Source of the DNA: Chloropicon primus
Lineage: Eukaryota
Assembly (NCBI GenBank): GCA_023205875.1
Contig: CP060755.1
Location: 806,001-870,000, forward strand
Length of the DNA: 64,000 nucleotides
Reading direction: 5' to 3'
The notes beneath the pieces are model-generated. The model saw only the letters and a program-made list of their open reading frames with translations, ran no database searches and had not been told where the DNA came from. Shown piece after piece: positions 39,757-50,610 of the stretch. Each line of letters begins with the position of its first letter. The stretch's first letter is position 1. A program made the translations under genes and the position numbers.

Positions 39757-41079
39757 ATGGAGGTGGTGGAGTCGCCGTTCGTTCGTGTGCCATTCGAGGC
39801 CCTGAAGCGTGCGGCGAAGGAGAGGAAGTACATCGTGGAGGAGGTGGAGAAAGTGATGGGCACGCTGAAGAAACACGCCGCGAACACCACGGGGGAGGAG
39901 GGAGGAAACCTCCTCGCTGCTGCTGGTGTCAAGAAAGAAGGGTCTTCTTCACGAGAGCAAGGCGGGGTGGATGGCATGGAGGTGGACGGGGAGGCGGAGG
40001 ATCCCCAGAGCGGGGCAACCACGACGAGCAAAAAGGACGGGGGGGGCGACTTGGATTGGGAGAGCGACATAGAGGGCATGCTAAGCGCCCTCGGGGGCTT
40101 GAAACGGAAGCTGGACGACTCCACCAAGGCGGAGGCTGTCCACATCGCGAGGTGCAAAGCGAGGATCGAGCATCTGATGTCTCTGGGGGCTTACGGGACC
40201 GAAAGAGCGCTCAGCTGGAACAAGAAGAGGATGAAGAGGCTCGTGGTGGACTATCTCCTGCGCCAAGGCTACCACAAGACCGCCTTGCAGGCGGTCGACG
40301 GGGAGGAGAACTTGGCCCACCTTCTCGAGCTGGACATCTTCAAGTCGGCCCAGACGATCGTGGACTCCCTGAAGGTCAAGCAGTGCGGCGTCGCGCTCGA
40401 GTGGTGCGGGAAGCACAGGTCCAAGCTGAAGAGGATCAAGTCCAAACTGGAGTTCAAGCTCAGGATAAGGGAGTTCATCTGCCTCGTGCAGGAGGGCAAG
40501 GTGAGGGAAGCGGTCAACTACTCGAAACTGCACTTGTCTCAGTGGGCCCCGAGCCACATGAAGGAGTTCCAAGAGGCCATGGCCACCTTGGTGTACGGCC
40601 CCTACTGGCCGAGGCCCTTTGACAAGTCCTCCCACTACGGGCACCTCTTCCTGGACGACCAGTGGGAGGACTTGGTGCAGATCTTCAAGAGGGACCTGTA
40701 CCAGCTGTACGCTCTCCCCGCCGACTCCAACCTCGCGATACACATCCAGGCCGGGCTCAGCGCACTGAAGACCCCAATGAGCTACACCAAGTCGTGCAGC
40801 AAGGAGGACCCCCTCTCTCTGGAGGCTTTCAAGAAACTCAGCGAGAGCCTGCCGTACGCAAAGCACTCCAAGTCGAGGCTGGTGTGCTTCATCACAAAGC
40901 AGGTGATGAACGAGCACAACCCGCCCATGGTGCTGCCGAACGGGATGGTGTACTCGAGGTCGGCCTGCGAGGAGCTTGCCCAGAAGCAGGTCGGCCTGCT
41001 ATCGGGGAAAAAGATTGTTTGCCCCAGAACAGGGGACGTTTGCGACTTTAGCGAGCTCAAGAGGGCCTTCCCCGTGTAA
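39757..41079 (+). CDS. MAEA: MAEA/GID9/FYV10, CTLH (GID) E3 ligase subunit
   Basis: 'FVRVPFEAL', LisH 'RLVVDYLLRQGY', CTLH 'ALEWC..SKLEFKLRIREFI', 'QAGLSALKT', and degenerate RING 'MNEHNPPMVLPNG..CPRTG'. Confidence 0.93.
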   Translation: MEVVESPFVRVPFEALKRAAKERKYIVEEVEKVMGTLKKHAANTTGEEGGNLLAAAGVKKEGSSSREQGGVDGMEVDGEAEDPQSGATTTSKKDGGGDLDWESDIEGMLSALGGLKRKLDDSTKAEAVHIARCKARIEHLMSLGAYGTERALSWNKKRMKRLVVDYLLRQGYHKTALQAVDGEENLAHLLELDIFKSAQTIVDSLKVKQCGVALEWCGKHRSKLKRIKSKLEFKLRIREFICLVQEGKVREAVNYSKLHLSQWAPSHMKEFQEAMATLVYGPYWPRPFDKSSHYGHLFLDDQWEDLVQIFKRDLYQLYALPADSNLAIHIQAGLSALKTPMSYTKSCSKEDPLSLEAFKKLSESLPYAKHSKSRLVCFITKQVMNEHNPPMVLPNGMVYSRSACEELAQKQVGLLSGKKIVCPRTGDVCDFSELKRAFPV

Positions 41080-41256
41080 ACCGTGTTTTGATCGGCCACG
41101 CGCGAAAGGTTGGGCCCCCTGCCTTTCCTCTGTAATCTAAATCGGACTCATTTAGGTTCAACTTTTTCGCGGGGCGCGCAAGAGAGAAGGAAGACTAAGA
41201 GGGGGAGGGAGGGGATATGCGGCATCCATTGTTAAATGTTTACTTTTTCATTGCGT

Positions 41257-41445
41257 CTACTTTTTTGCTTCCGCCGCCTCCTTTGCCGCCTTCTTCGCAG
41301 CGATTTTGGCCTGAAGGGCGTCGGCGTCCCTCTTCATTCTCTGGTCCTTGGTGAGGCCATCCTTGTCCTTTGCGCTCTGGCCCTTCTTGGCATTCCGGTT
41401 CGCAGCCCTCTGCCTGTCCACGTCTCGCTTGTTTCCGCGCGCCAT
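41257..41445 (-). CDS. SERF/4F5 family small basic protein
   Basis: 'MARGNKRDVDRQRA...QRMKRDADALQAK..KK', with a probable 5'-UTR intron upstream. Confidence 0.85.
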   Translation of the reverse strand: MARGNKRDVDRQRAANRNAKKGQSAKDKDGLTKDQRMKRDADALQAKIAAKKAAKEAAEAKK

Positions 41446-41727
41446 CCTCTTCTCGCACCTCGACCTACGACGTACGACCTGCGAGCAAACAAACAAACGT
41501 GTACAATAGCTATGGATATCTATATGGATGGAACACACACACACACACAAACAAACAATCAATCAGAAAACGATAACAGGGGCGCCAACAACCCAAGGAC
41601 GCTCGCACGACTCTTTCGAGGGTCTTTAGAATCAAATCACCCAACTCATCGAAACGCGCTCACGCTAGACCCCTTTCCCTCCCATCAAATCAAATCACAA
41701 CACAACACAACACAAGGAGAGCGAGCC

Positions 41728-41772
<45 letters not shown>

Positions 41773-42146
41773 TTTCTTTTCTTTTCTTTGTTGGTTGAAT
41801 TAGAGACCGTGCAATCCCTCACCCAAGTCTCTCACACCATCCACGACGTCCCCCTCCCTCCCTCCCCTCCCATCCAAGCACTCCACCTCCACCTCCACCT
41901 CCACTCACCTTGGACTCTTCGCTTTTCCCCTCTCTCTCCTTAAGAGATAGAGATAAGATCTCGGAGGACCGGAGGACCTTGGGGGTAGAGGTCGTGATTT
42001 GAGGGCGAGGTGCGGCGAGGAAGGCACGAAAGTGGGTTGGACAAGGCAAGAGGGCGAAAGGGCTTCTCAAGGGCTTTCGAAAGAGCCGTCGCTCGAGAGG
42101 TTTGGCGCAGGAATAGAGCGGAGAGGACCGAACGAGGTGGGGTGGG

Positions 42147-42829
42147 ATGGTGACGTCACTGAAGGGGAGGGGGGAGGGGCGGAGAGGGAGGGCTCAGAGG
42201 GGGGGAGGGGCGAGCACGAGTAGTGCAAGGTCGTGGTCCGGGAGGGATCGGCTTCCGAGGACGGTCGCGGAGGCGACGAGGGGGGAGGAGGACCCCTTGC
42301 AGCACAGGATTTACCTGGAGGTCGAGGGACGGGGCAGCGTGCGCGAACCGGAGCCTCTTCCCGTGACGCACTCCTCGGCGTTCTTGCAGAGGAGCAGGGG
42401 GGCTTGGAAGGTGCGCAATTCTTTCCTCCATCTGCTCTCATTTTCTCTCTTCGCTTCGTTTTCTTTGCTCTTTCCTGGTGTTCTGGAAGATGATGATGAT
42501 GATGATGATCATGATGATGATGATGATGATGTTGACCTTGCAATTCTTCTTCTTGCTGCACCTTTCTTCCTCTCTAGGACTCTGACTACGACGAGGGGGC
42601 ATCCGACGGGGAAGAGGTTGAGACCTCGCCAGTTGTAGTGGCGTTCAACGACGCCATCAGCTCCGAGACGGGGAAGACGGTGAGGAAAGGCATGGTGGAG
42701 GCCGCAAAGCTCTCCGTGGACGCGGGCGTGGTGGTGACAAAGGGGGCAGCGAAAGTGGCCATGCCGGCTGTTTCCTGGGCCGTCAAGGGGGCCGTCAAGG
42801 CGGCGATGTCGCCCAAGAAGAAAAAGTAG
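42147..42829 (+). CDS. Small hypothetical protein; 2 predicted exons
   Basis: Exon 1 42147-42410, a GTGCGC...(GAT)n...TAG intron 42411-42577, and phase-0 exon 2 'DSDYDEGASDGEEV...PAVSWAVKGAVKAAMSPKKKK'. The upstream motif lies at 42074. Confidence 0.5.
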
Positions 42830-42938
42830 TGGCCGTTTTGGTGTTTGTACTGTATTAATCCTCAAGCTTTGTTTTTTTGTGTCTCCCTGTTCGGCTCTCT
42901 CTCTCTCTCTCTGTCGAAAACCGGCGTGCCTTGGACCT

Positions 42939-43605
42939 TCAGGCCACGGCCGCGATGCATTCGATTTCCACTTTGGCGCCGAGCGGGAGCTCCCTGACGG
43001 CGAACGCGCTCCTGGCCGGTGGGTTGGACGGGAAGTACTTGGCGTAGACTCCGTTGACAGCGGCAAAGTCCTTGATGTCCGCGAGCAGCACCGTGGTCTT
43101 GACGACGTCATCGAAGGAGCAGCCCCCCGCCTTCAGGATCTCTCCCATGTTCTTCAGAGCCTGGTCCGTCTGCTCCTCCACGGCCTCGCTGTTGAACTCC
43201 GTGGTCCCGGGAACGAGAGGAATGCATCCAGAGACAAAGAGCATGTTCCCAGACTTGATGGCTTGAGAATATGGCCCGACCGCTCCCGGGGCCGCGTCCG
43301 TCGAGATGATCTCCTTCCTCGCCGCGCAAACGACAGCGCGAGCTAGGCGCACGGAGCACAGGTCGTAGAAAGAAGTCAGTCAGCCCCTTTGCTTTCTCAT
43401 CGTCAACAGGTTGTTTGATTCTGCCATCATCAACAACAACAACAACAACAACAGTTCGTTCGCTACACACAAATCCCCCACGCTTACCTCTGGTTCCGAT
43501 TGTCCTGGTGCGGCGTGAGACGTTTCTTGTGCTCCACGTGGCCTTGGCCCTTGTCACCAACCCCCTGGACGCACTCCTCAACCCCATCGCTCTCATCATC
43601 ATCAT
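42939..43605 (-). CDS. RIDA: RidA (YjgF/YER057c/UK114) imine deaminase with organellar presequence; 2 exons
   Basis: 'APGAVGPYSQAI', 'VVKTTVLL' and 'PPARSAFAV..LPLGAKVEIECIA'. Intron GTAAGC...TAG 43487-43343. Confidence 0.95.
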
Positions 43606-43927
43606 CACAATCTTATCCACAAACCAACCATCATCAATCAGTCAGTCCATTTTTTCAGCTCAACATCCTCCACCCGAGGTCATTCCTTTCCAGCAAGGTG
43701 TCATTGGAAAGATCTCGACATCGCCGTTGCTATCGTGACATCCCCACCCCTCGCCCCACCCCCCCTCTCCCTCAAACGCGTCCCATCTCAACCCCATCCC
43801 GTCTCACTCACCTTGCTGGCTCTCCTCGCTCCAAAACTGATTTAGGTTTGGTTTCACAGAAGAGGAAGAGAGAGAGAAGGGAGAGAGGAGAGAGCGAGTT
43901 TGTCGGAAGGAGGTTTGTGGTTTGAGG

Positions 43928-44188
43928 ATGGGGTTCTTGGACAAGATATTCTTCGGGCCGTTCTGCTCGTTGTTTTGCACCGGCATGTCCCTCTTTGGTA
44001 TCGTGACGCTGCTGACGTTGGGCACGCTCATTAAGAACGAGTACGCTTATACTGGGGTGCACTTCGAGGACGAGGAGGCCAGGACAGCGACGGCGAGTGG
44101 ATGCTTCACGGCGGCTGTGGTCTACGTGGGATTCCTTGGGTGGTCAGGGGTTTCCATCCTGTACAACAAGAGGAGGAAAAAGTTGTGA
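43928..44188 (+). CDS. RNASEK-like two-TM protein (V-ATPase subunit f family)
   Basis: 'GPFCSLFCTGMSLFGIVTLLTLG' followed by 'CFTAAVVY' and a basic tail, matching the RNASEK layout as I recall it. TGTAA at 44424. Confidence 0.7.
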   Translation: MGFLDKIFFGPFCSLFCTGMSLFGIVTLLTLGTLIKNEYAYTGVHFEDEEARTATASGCFTAAVVYVGFLGWSGVSILYNKRRKKL

Positions 44189-44552
44189 GCGGCCGAGGGG
44201 TGGGGGAGGCTGCTCTCGGTCGCTATGATCCTGGGGAGTAGAGGGTTGTAGAGTGTGTGTGTGGTAGGGGGGCGAAACTGAGCATCGGACGCAGTTGGCG
44301 TGGCTCGGCCCCCGGCGCTCGGCTTCCTTGGCGCAAGCTTTGGGGGTGGCGAGGACGAGTGCCACCAAGTGTCACCCAAGCAACCTCCACCCACAACCCT
44401 CTATGCCGTTGTGGGTGTGGGTGTGTAATATGATTGAGACTCCGGCCAGAGGTGGTTGGAAACGATTAAAATTCATAAAACGGAACAAGTTTTTTCTTAA
44501 CGCTCGTGAGGCAGGGGCCCACTTCCATCTCCTGCTACCGTGAACCGACTAC

Positions 44553-47024
44553 TTACACAGGGAGGTCATCCTCGCCGAAAAGAACGTTCATATTATCGTC
44601 CAAGGACCACACGTTGAGCGAGGAGTACTCGCTGAGGCAGGTCCTGAGCTGCTCCTCCCTGAAGCCTCTTGGCTGGATGAGCCTCATGGCCTTCTGGAAG
44701 GCAACCTCCTGGGACCCGCTTCGGACCGCGTAGTCCCTGATGATGCCGTAGATTTCCGAGATAGGGTCCGCCGAAGCTCTGCCGCGGCTGTCCCTGTTCT
44801 CCAGCAAGCTGATCTTGCTCATCTGCATCAGCCTCAAGGCCTCGTCGACGTCCCCTTGCTCCACGATATCAGAAAACCTCAAGCGCGCCAGGGCCTCCGA
44901 GAGCCTGAGAATTCCCAGCAGGGTACGGGCTGTGGTGTACGAGTGGGGGTTCTCACTCGCGGCCTCCTCGGCTCTCATCTCGGCGTACGCACAAGCGATG
45001 TACTCGTTCAATTCCCTTGGCACCTCTGGCGTGAAAGTCCTGGCCTTCGCGATGTAAGCCCTGAGCTCAGATGGCTCGAGAACTTCTTCGGAAATCGAGC
45101 CGGTGGAGGCCGAAGCGCTAGATGAAACCCTGTGGACGTTGAGCACGTGCTGCGCCAAAGCCGCGTCCAGCTCGGCGTCGGCTCTGTCCAGGATGAGCCA
45201 CATGAGATCGAAACGCGAGAGGAGAGATGCTGGGAGGGCCATGTTCTCCGCAGGAGACCTCCTGGTGTCGTACCTGCTGTACGCAGGGTTTGCGGCAGCC
45301 AGCACGGTTGCTCTTGCGTTCAGGGTGGTGGTGATACCAGCCTTTGCAATGCTGACCGTCTGCTGCTCCATCACCTCGTGAATAGCGGTCCTCTCGGTCT
45401 CTTCCATCTTGTCGAACTCATCGATGCAGCAGATGCCTTTGTCCGCGAGCACGAGTGCTCCGCCCTCCAGGGTCGTTTGCCCAGTCTGCGGGTCCTTGTT
45501 GACGCTCGCGGTCAGACCAACACCACTCGCACCCCTCCCGGTCGTGTAAACTCCTCTGGGCGCCACCATGGAAACGTGCTTCAGAAGCTGCGACTTTGCC
45601 ACACCAGGGTCTCCCATGAGGCACACGTGAAGATCTCCCCTCAGCTTCATGCCGTCCTTCATGGTCCTCGTGGGGGCGCCGACCATCAGGACCAACAGGG
45701 CCTTCTTCACGTCCTCGTGGCCGTAGATTTCGGGGCAGATTGACCTCGCCAAAAGGGAGTACACGTCATCGTCCCTGGAAAGCTGGTTCACCTTCTCCTC
45801 GAGCTGCGCGTCCTCGAGCGAGTTCCTCGTCTTGCCCGGCTGTTGCTTGAGCTGCTCCACGCACTGGGCCTCGAGGTACGTGTTGGCGATGAGGCCGGCC
45901 CTCATGGCTCTGTACCCGGTGTACGGAACCGGCAAGAAGATGCCGGCGACCGCGACGGCGTCGCCCGGCCTGATGAGCCTGCAGAGCTCTCCCTTCATCT
46001 GAACTGTCATGGTCCTCGGGATGTTTCCCACCGGAACCTCGTCCGCGGGCTCCTGGAGCTTCACCTCCTGGTACTTGACGAACTTGGATCCCCTCGTCTG
46101 GAACAGAAGCTTTCCGGGGTTGTTGTTGATCTTGCACCTGCTGGAAGGGCACTCGCACAGAGGCATGTAGGCGTTCCCCGTGACCTCCTGGTAGATCTCG
46201 TACCCGCAGCTCTCGCAGGTGTAAGTTCCCACCGAGAGCAAAGGCTTCACCTCGCTCACTTTGGTGGCAATTCCCCTGACGGTGACGAGCTGACCGATGC
46301 TCTGGGCCCTGACCTCCCTGAGCGGGACTGCCTGGCTCGCCCTCGCCTTGGAGGACCCCAGGGACACCCCGCCCGTCGCCGGGCGGATCTTGACCTCGTA
46401 CCTTCGCAGCAGGTCCCTTGGCACCTTGTTGGCGGAGTCCGCGGCGTTGGGCGCGTTCGCGGCCGAGGCGTTCGCCCCCTCGCCGGACGGGTTCGCCTCG
46501 CTCGCGGTCGGCAGGCCGTAAGTCGCCCTGACCTGCTCGTTGTCCTGCTCCGCGTACTGCCTCTGCCTCATGAGAACGTCGAAGACGTCCTCCGTCCCCT
46601 CGAACGCGGAGGTCGGCAACGGCATGAGCTCGTCGGCCGCGTCCGCGAAGAGGGAGAGGTACCTCCTGGTGTTGTCCCTCACGTTCCTCGCGAACCTGGA
46701 CCACTCGTCGCCAGAGCCGGAGCGCTCCAGCTCGAGGGCATCCTCCAGATCGAGGGAGGACAGGGACAGGACGTCGTCCAAGGAGATCTCCAGAACCTGC
46801 CTCGCCCTGTTCGCCACCTCCTGCAGCTGATCCATGTACTTCTGGCCTCCCAAGGTCCCGTCCAGACCCGCAGACCGGGTAAACGTGCTCAGGAAGCTCT
46901 TGCAGAGCTCCTTCTCGGCCTCGTAGTCCGCGAACTCACCGCCCGCTCCTCGGCCTTGCCCCGCCATCGTCTGCTGGTTCACGAACGGGTTTCCCGCGGC
47001 GTTCGAACGAAGTCCCGTAGCCAT
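44553..47024 (-). CDS. MCM7: DNA replication licensing factor MCM7
   Basis: Walker A 'GDPGVAKSQLL', 'IDEFDKM', 'SRFD', Zn finger 'CESCG..CPSSRC', and MCM7-type 'QTRGSKFVKYQEVKLQE' and 'YTTARTLL'. Confidence 0.97.
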   Translation of the reverse strand: MATGLRSNAAGNPFVNQQTMAGQGRGAGGEFADYEAEKELCKSFLSTFTRSAGLDGTLGGQKYMDQLQEVANRARQVLEISLDDVLSLSSLDLEDALELERSGSGDEWSRFARNVRDNTRRYLSLFADAADELMPLPTSAFEGTEDVFDVLMRQRQYAEQDNEQVRATYGLPTASEANPSGEGANASAANAPNAADSANKVPRDLLRRYEVKIRPATGGVSLGSSKARASQAVPLREVRAQSIGQLVTVRGIATKVSEVKPLLSVGTYTCESCGYEIYQEVTGNAYMPLCECPSSRCKINNNPGKLLFQTRGSKFVKYQEVKLQEPADEVPVGNIPRTMTVQMKGELCRLIRPGDAVAVAGIFLPVPYTGYRAMRAGLIANTYLEAQCVEQLKQQPGKTRNSLEDAQLEEKVNQLSRDDDVYSLLARSICPEIYGHEDVKKALLVLMVGAPTRTMKDGMKLRGDLHVCLMGDPGVAKSQLLKHVSMVAPRGVYTTGRGASGVGLTASVNKDPQTGQTTLEGGALVLADKGICCIDEFDKMEETERTAIHEVMEQQTVSIAKAGITTTLNARATVLAAANPAYSRYDTRRSPAENMALPASLLSRFDLMWLILDRADAELDAALAQHVLNVHRVSSSASASTGSISEEVLEPSELRAYIAKARTFTPEVPRELNEYIACAYAEMRAEEAASENPHSYTTARTLLGILRLSEALARLRFSDIVEQGDVDEALRLMQMSKISLLENRDSRGRASADPISEIYGIIRDYAVRSGSQEVAFQKAMRLIQPRGFREEQLRTCLSEYSSLNVWSLDDNMNVLFGEDDLPV

Positions 47025-47452
47025 CTTTTCAGAGTGTGCCCGTCAAAGAAGAGGTCACACCGATTCGTGTTGTCCGCGGACGCTCTCCTCCTCGTCGTCC
47101 TCGTCCTCGTCGTCGTCGTCTTTGATTGATTGACCCTTCTCTCTTGCTCGCCGCACCCTTTCCCTTCCCAAAAAAAACCAAAATCTGGCGGGAAAAGGCC
47201 AAAAAAGCCTCATCTTTTGGCGGGGGAAAACTCGAGGAAATCTTGATCTTGAGGGGGAAGGAGAGAAGAGAGGATCTGGGCTGCCTTGCTCCAACGCGAA
47301 CATGCGGTGTAAATAAGTTATTGGCCGACCAGGAGTCGTGAACCGGCATTCATTCGTTCGTTCTATTTGAGGCTTCCTTCCAATGTGCGTTGCGTGCGTG
47401 CTTGTGTGCACACGCGCCATAACCCACAACTTTTGACTCAATCGCACTCCTC

Positions 47453-49079
47453 TCACTTTTCAAAGTCGAGATTGCTCGTCGAAAAGCCAAAGTGGAACCC
47501 GTTGCGCCACTTGTCGTGCTCGAACGCCCTGTGCACTCTGCAGTAGTTCACCTCGAGCTTGCCGATCGGGGAGGGCCAGACCAAACCCGCGCCAAAGCTC
47601 GCTCTCGTCTTCGCCTTGAGCTCGTTCGCGCAGCTCCTGAGAGCTTGCTTGCCGTACCCGCCGAGCCCCACGCAGTTGCCGACGTTTCCGTACACGTGCG
47701 CGTAGATGCCCGCCTGCTTCAGCGCCGGGGCGAAGGGCACCTCGAAATTCAGCTGGAAGGAGGGGTGAAAAGAAAGGTCAGCACCAAGAAAGAAAGAAAG
47801 GGGGAAGCGATCGCGACGTCACACACACACACACGCATCTTTTCGTCCCCTCGTCACTTACGGCAGCCAACGCGCTGAACATGACGTCCCCACCGAGGGC
47901 GTCCCTCTTCCTCTCCTCGCTTGACGTGGAGGGCCCGGTGACCCCCTCCGCGGCGCCCTCCGACCCTCTGCACTGCCCCGTCGGCCCGGCGCCCTTGATC
48001 CAAAACCCTCTGAGGTCGCCGGTGCCCCCCAGGAAGAACCTGTCTCCGATGTAAGTGGGCTTGTCGAACCCGCCCTTGCCCCAGGGCAGAATAGCTCCCG
48101 CCTTGAGCCTGAGCTCCAAGGCCGTCTCGAAGCTCTTCAGGATCGAAATTGGATGCTCCAGGACGACCTCCACCTCCTCCCTGACGAACCGGAACATCAT
48201 CGGGTCCAGCCCGATTCCGCTCACTTCCGTCGTCGCTTGAACCGCCGCGCCCTTCGACATGAGGCTTCCCGCGACCCTCCTGTTGTCCAGCACCAGCGTG
48301 TGCTTCAGGGAGGACTTCATATTGTGGCCCGCCTGCTGCAAGACTTCTTTCGAGGCGGTGATCTGGCCCCCGCCCGAGCCGCAGAAGAGCTCCCTCCACA
48401 CGAGCTCGTACCCGAGCTTGTGCACGCCGCCGGGGCTCACCCAGTCCGTCCCCAGGCCCGTGCTGCTCTCCGAGTAGGACGAGAAGGTCATGTAGCTGTT
48501 CGTGGTCCTGAAGATCTGGGACCTCAGCTGACTCCTCGTTCCGAGGAACCTGTTGTCGAGCCAGGACAGGCTGTACTTGCCGCTGCTCTGCTTGGGCGTG
48601 AAGAGGTTCCCCTTGGTCACCGTCAGATCGAACTCCTCGGCGTAGCCCAAAGCGTTTTTCATGGATCCCGAGATCTCCGTCGTGGTCTCGGAGCCCTGCA
48701 CGTACACTCCGGTATGAAGCCCGTAGCCCGACTTCTCCTCGACCGTCACGGTCACCACCGCCGTGTCCGGCAGGTGCTCCGGGCCGGCGTCAATGATGGC
48801 GTCCACGTTCTTGAAGATGTCCAGCTGGTTGAGCTCCTCCACGGATTCCGAAACCCTCTTCATGATCTCCTCGAGGTTCTTCGCCCTTCGGACGCTCTCC
48901 AGCTCCCGGTCGATCACCTTGCGCTTGGTCCTCTTGTTTCCCACGATCTCCACCCTGCTCACCGTGCAAGGCTTGTCCTTGACCTTCTCCACGGTGGCGA
49001 TGAAGTCGAATTCCTCCTCCTCGTGAGAGGGAGGCGTCCTCGAACCCGAACCCTCGTACCCTTCCTCGCGCCCCTCCAT
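47453..49079 (-). CDS. SAM50: SAM50/Tob55 (Omp85) mitochondrial beta-barrel assembly protein; 2 exons
   Basis: POTRA 'VEIVGNKRTK', 'DRFFLGG..LRGF' and 'DALGGD'. Intron GTAAGT...CAG 47861-47753, and last exon 'GAGLVWPSPIGKLEVNY...FHFGF'. Confidence 0.92.
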
Positions 49080-49672
49080 ACCTCGCCACACCCTTTGTTC
49101 CTCAACCGATCCCTCTCCCTCCCTTCACCCCTCTGTTCCCCGCCACCCGATCACAGCCGTCCTTTCCATTTCCATTCCAAGGACGAGAACGAAGGAGAGA
49201 GAGCAGAGGATGGAGCATGACCTTGGGGGCACATTAGTAATCGGGCCGCATGACTTCAGTCCGAGCCGAGCCGAGGGCCTTGCCGATCCCACCTCTGATC
49301 GCCATCAGTCATCCCATCTCCTCGCTCGCTCGCTCTCCTCTGTCCATCAACGACGACGGCGACGACGACCCCTGGAACATCGATCGATGTCGTCCAAACG
49401 CCTCCCCCTCCCCCTAGATGAGAAGAGAAGAAAAGAGAAGAGAGGCCAGGAGAGGACAGGAGAGGATCATACCTTGCGCCCAAAATTGAGGGTCCTCCCC
49501 CCTCCTCACTCGTCATCCCTCCTCCTCCGCGATGCCATGTCCTCCTGCACTCCTGTGCTCCTGGACTCTGCCAAGATCCGATCTTGGTGCTCGGAGACCA
49601 AAGGCAAAGGGGAGGACGCCGCGTCTTGTCTTGTGTGGTCAAGGCAGAGGGAGAGGGAGAGGCAGAGGGGGA

Positions 49673-49707
<35 letters not shown>

Positions 49708-50610
49708 ATGGGAAAGACGGGAGACCATGCGCCAAGTGGGCTTGCGGTGTGCTTTGTGGCCTGCCTCCTCCTGGCGACGGCGGGAGGTGTCGCGGAAGGG
49801 AGGAAGGTTGGGACCGCGAGTAAGGTGGTGCTGACTCACACGAGGAGGCTCGAGGGGATGGACGACCTCGGGGGAGTGGAGCTCAAGCAGGAGCGGATGA
49901 GGATGGACCTTCAGGAGGACTTGGACACCATGCGTGTCGAGAGGAAGGCCATGGCGAGGAGCGGGAAGAAGGCGGAGCTGGTCGCGGACGAGGCGGAGGA
50001 GATAGCGGACAAGTGGAGGGACATCCAGATTGCCCTGCTCGAGCTGTACAACGTCGAGCCGCAGACCACGCCCGACGACGACGATTTCTATAACAAGAAG
50101 GTGGAGGAGGTCCGCAACCACCTTGCCAGCATTTACGAGACCGCCAAGGAGGCCGCGGTGAAGATGGAGGAGTCTTCCACCTTGGCAAACGAAGCGGCGG
50201 ACGCTTTCGTGGACTCGGACATCAAGACGGAGGAGGGGGACCTCGGGGTCGTAGCAGAGGTCGAGGACGTGGAGCAGGAGGTCGCAGAGACCGCGCAGAA
50301 GGCCGCAGAGGAGGGCGAGGAGATCGTGGAGGAGGCGAACGAGATCGCAGAGTCCGCGGAGACCGTGGGCGACCAGCTCGACGACCTCATCGCGGAGATA
50401 GAAGGAGGCGACGAGGACAAGATCAAAGATTCCCTCGAGTCGATGCAGCAGACCGTCGAGGAAGAGACCGAGATGGCGGAGCAGCTCGAGGACGACGCCT
50501 CTCACGTCGCCTCTGAGGCCGAGCAAGCCTCCATTCGGGCGGAGAGCGAGAAGCAGAACATCATTCGGGAAGCCAGCTACCTCGGAGTGGACTTGGAGAC
50601 CAAAGGGTAG
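49708..50610 (+). CDS. Secreted acidic alpha-helical protein of unknown function
   Basis: Signal peptide 'LAVCFVACLLLATAGGVAEG', then an Asp/Glu-rich helical body with high GC3. Confidence 0.75.
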   Translation: MGKTGDHAPSGLAVCFVACLLLATAGGVAEGRKVGTASKVVLTHTRRLEGMDDLGGVELKQERMRMDLQEDLDTMRVERKAMARSGKKAELVADEAEEIADKWRDIQIALLELYNVEPQTTPDDDDFYNKKVEEVRNHLASIYETAKEAAVKMEESSTLANEAADAFVDSDIKTEEGDLGVVAEVEDVEQEVAETAQKAAEEGEEIVEEANEIAESAETVGDQLDDLIAEIEGGDEDKIKDSLESMQQTVEEETEMAEQLEDDASHVASEAEQASIRAESEKQNIIREASYLGVDLETKG

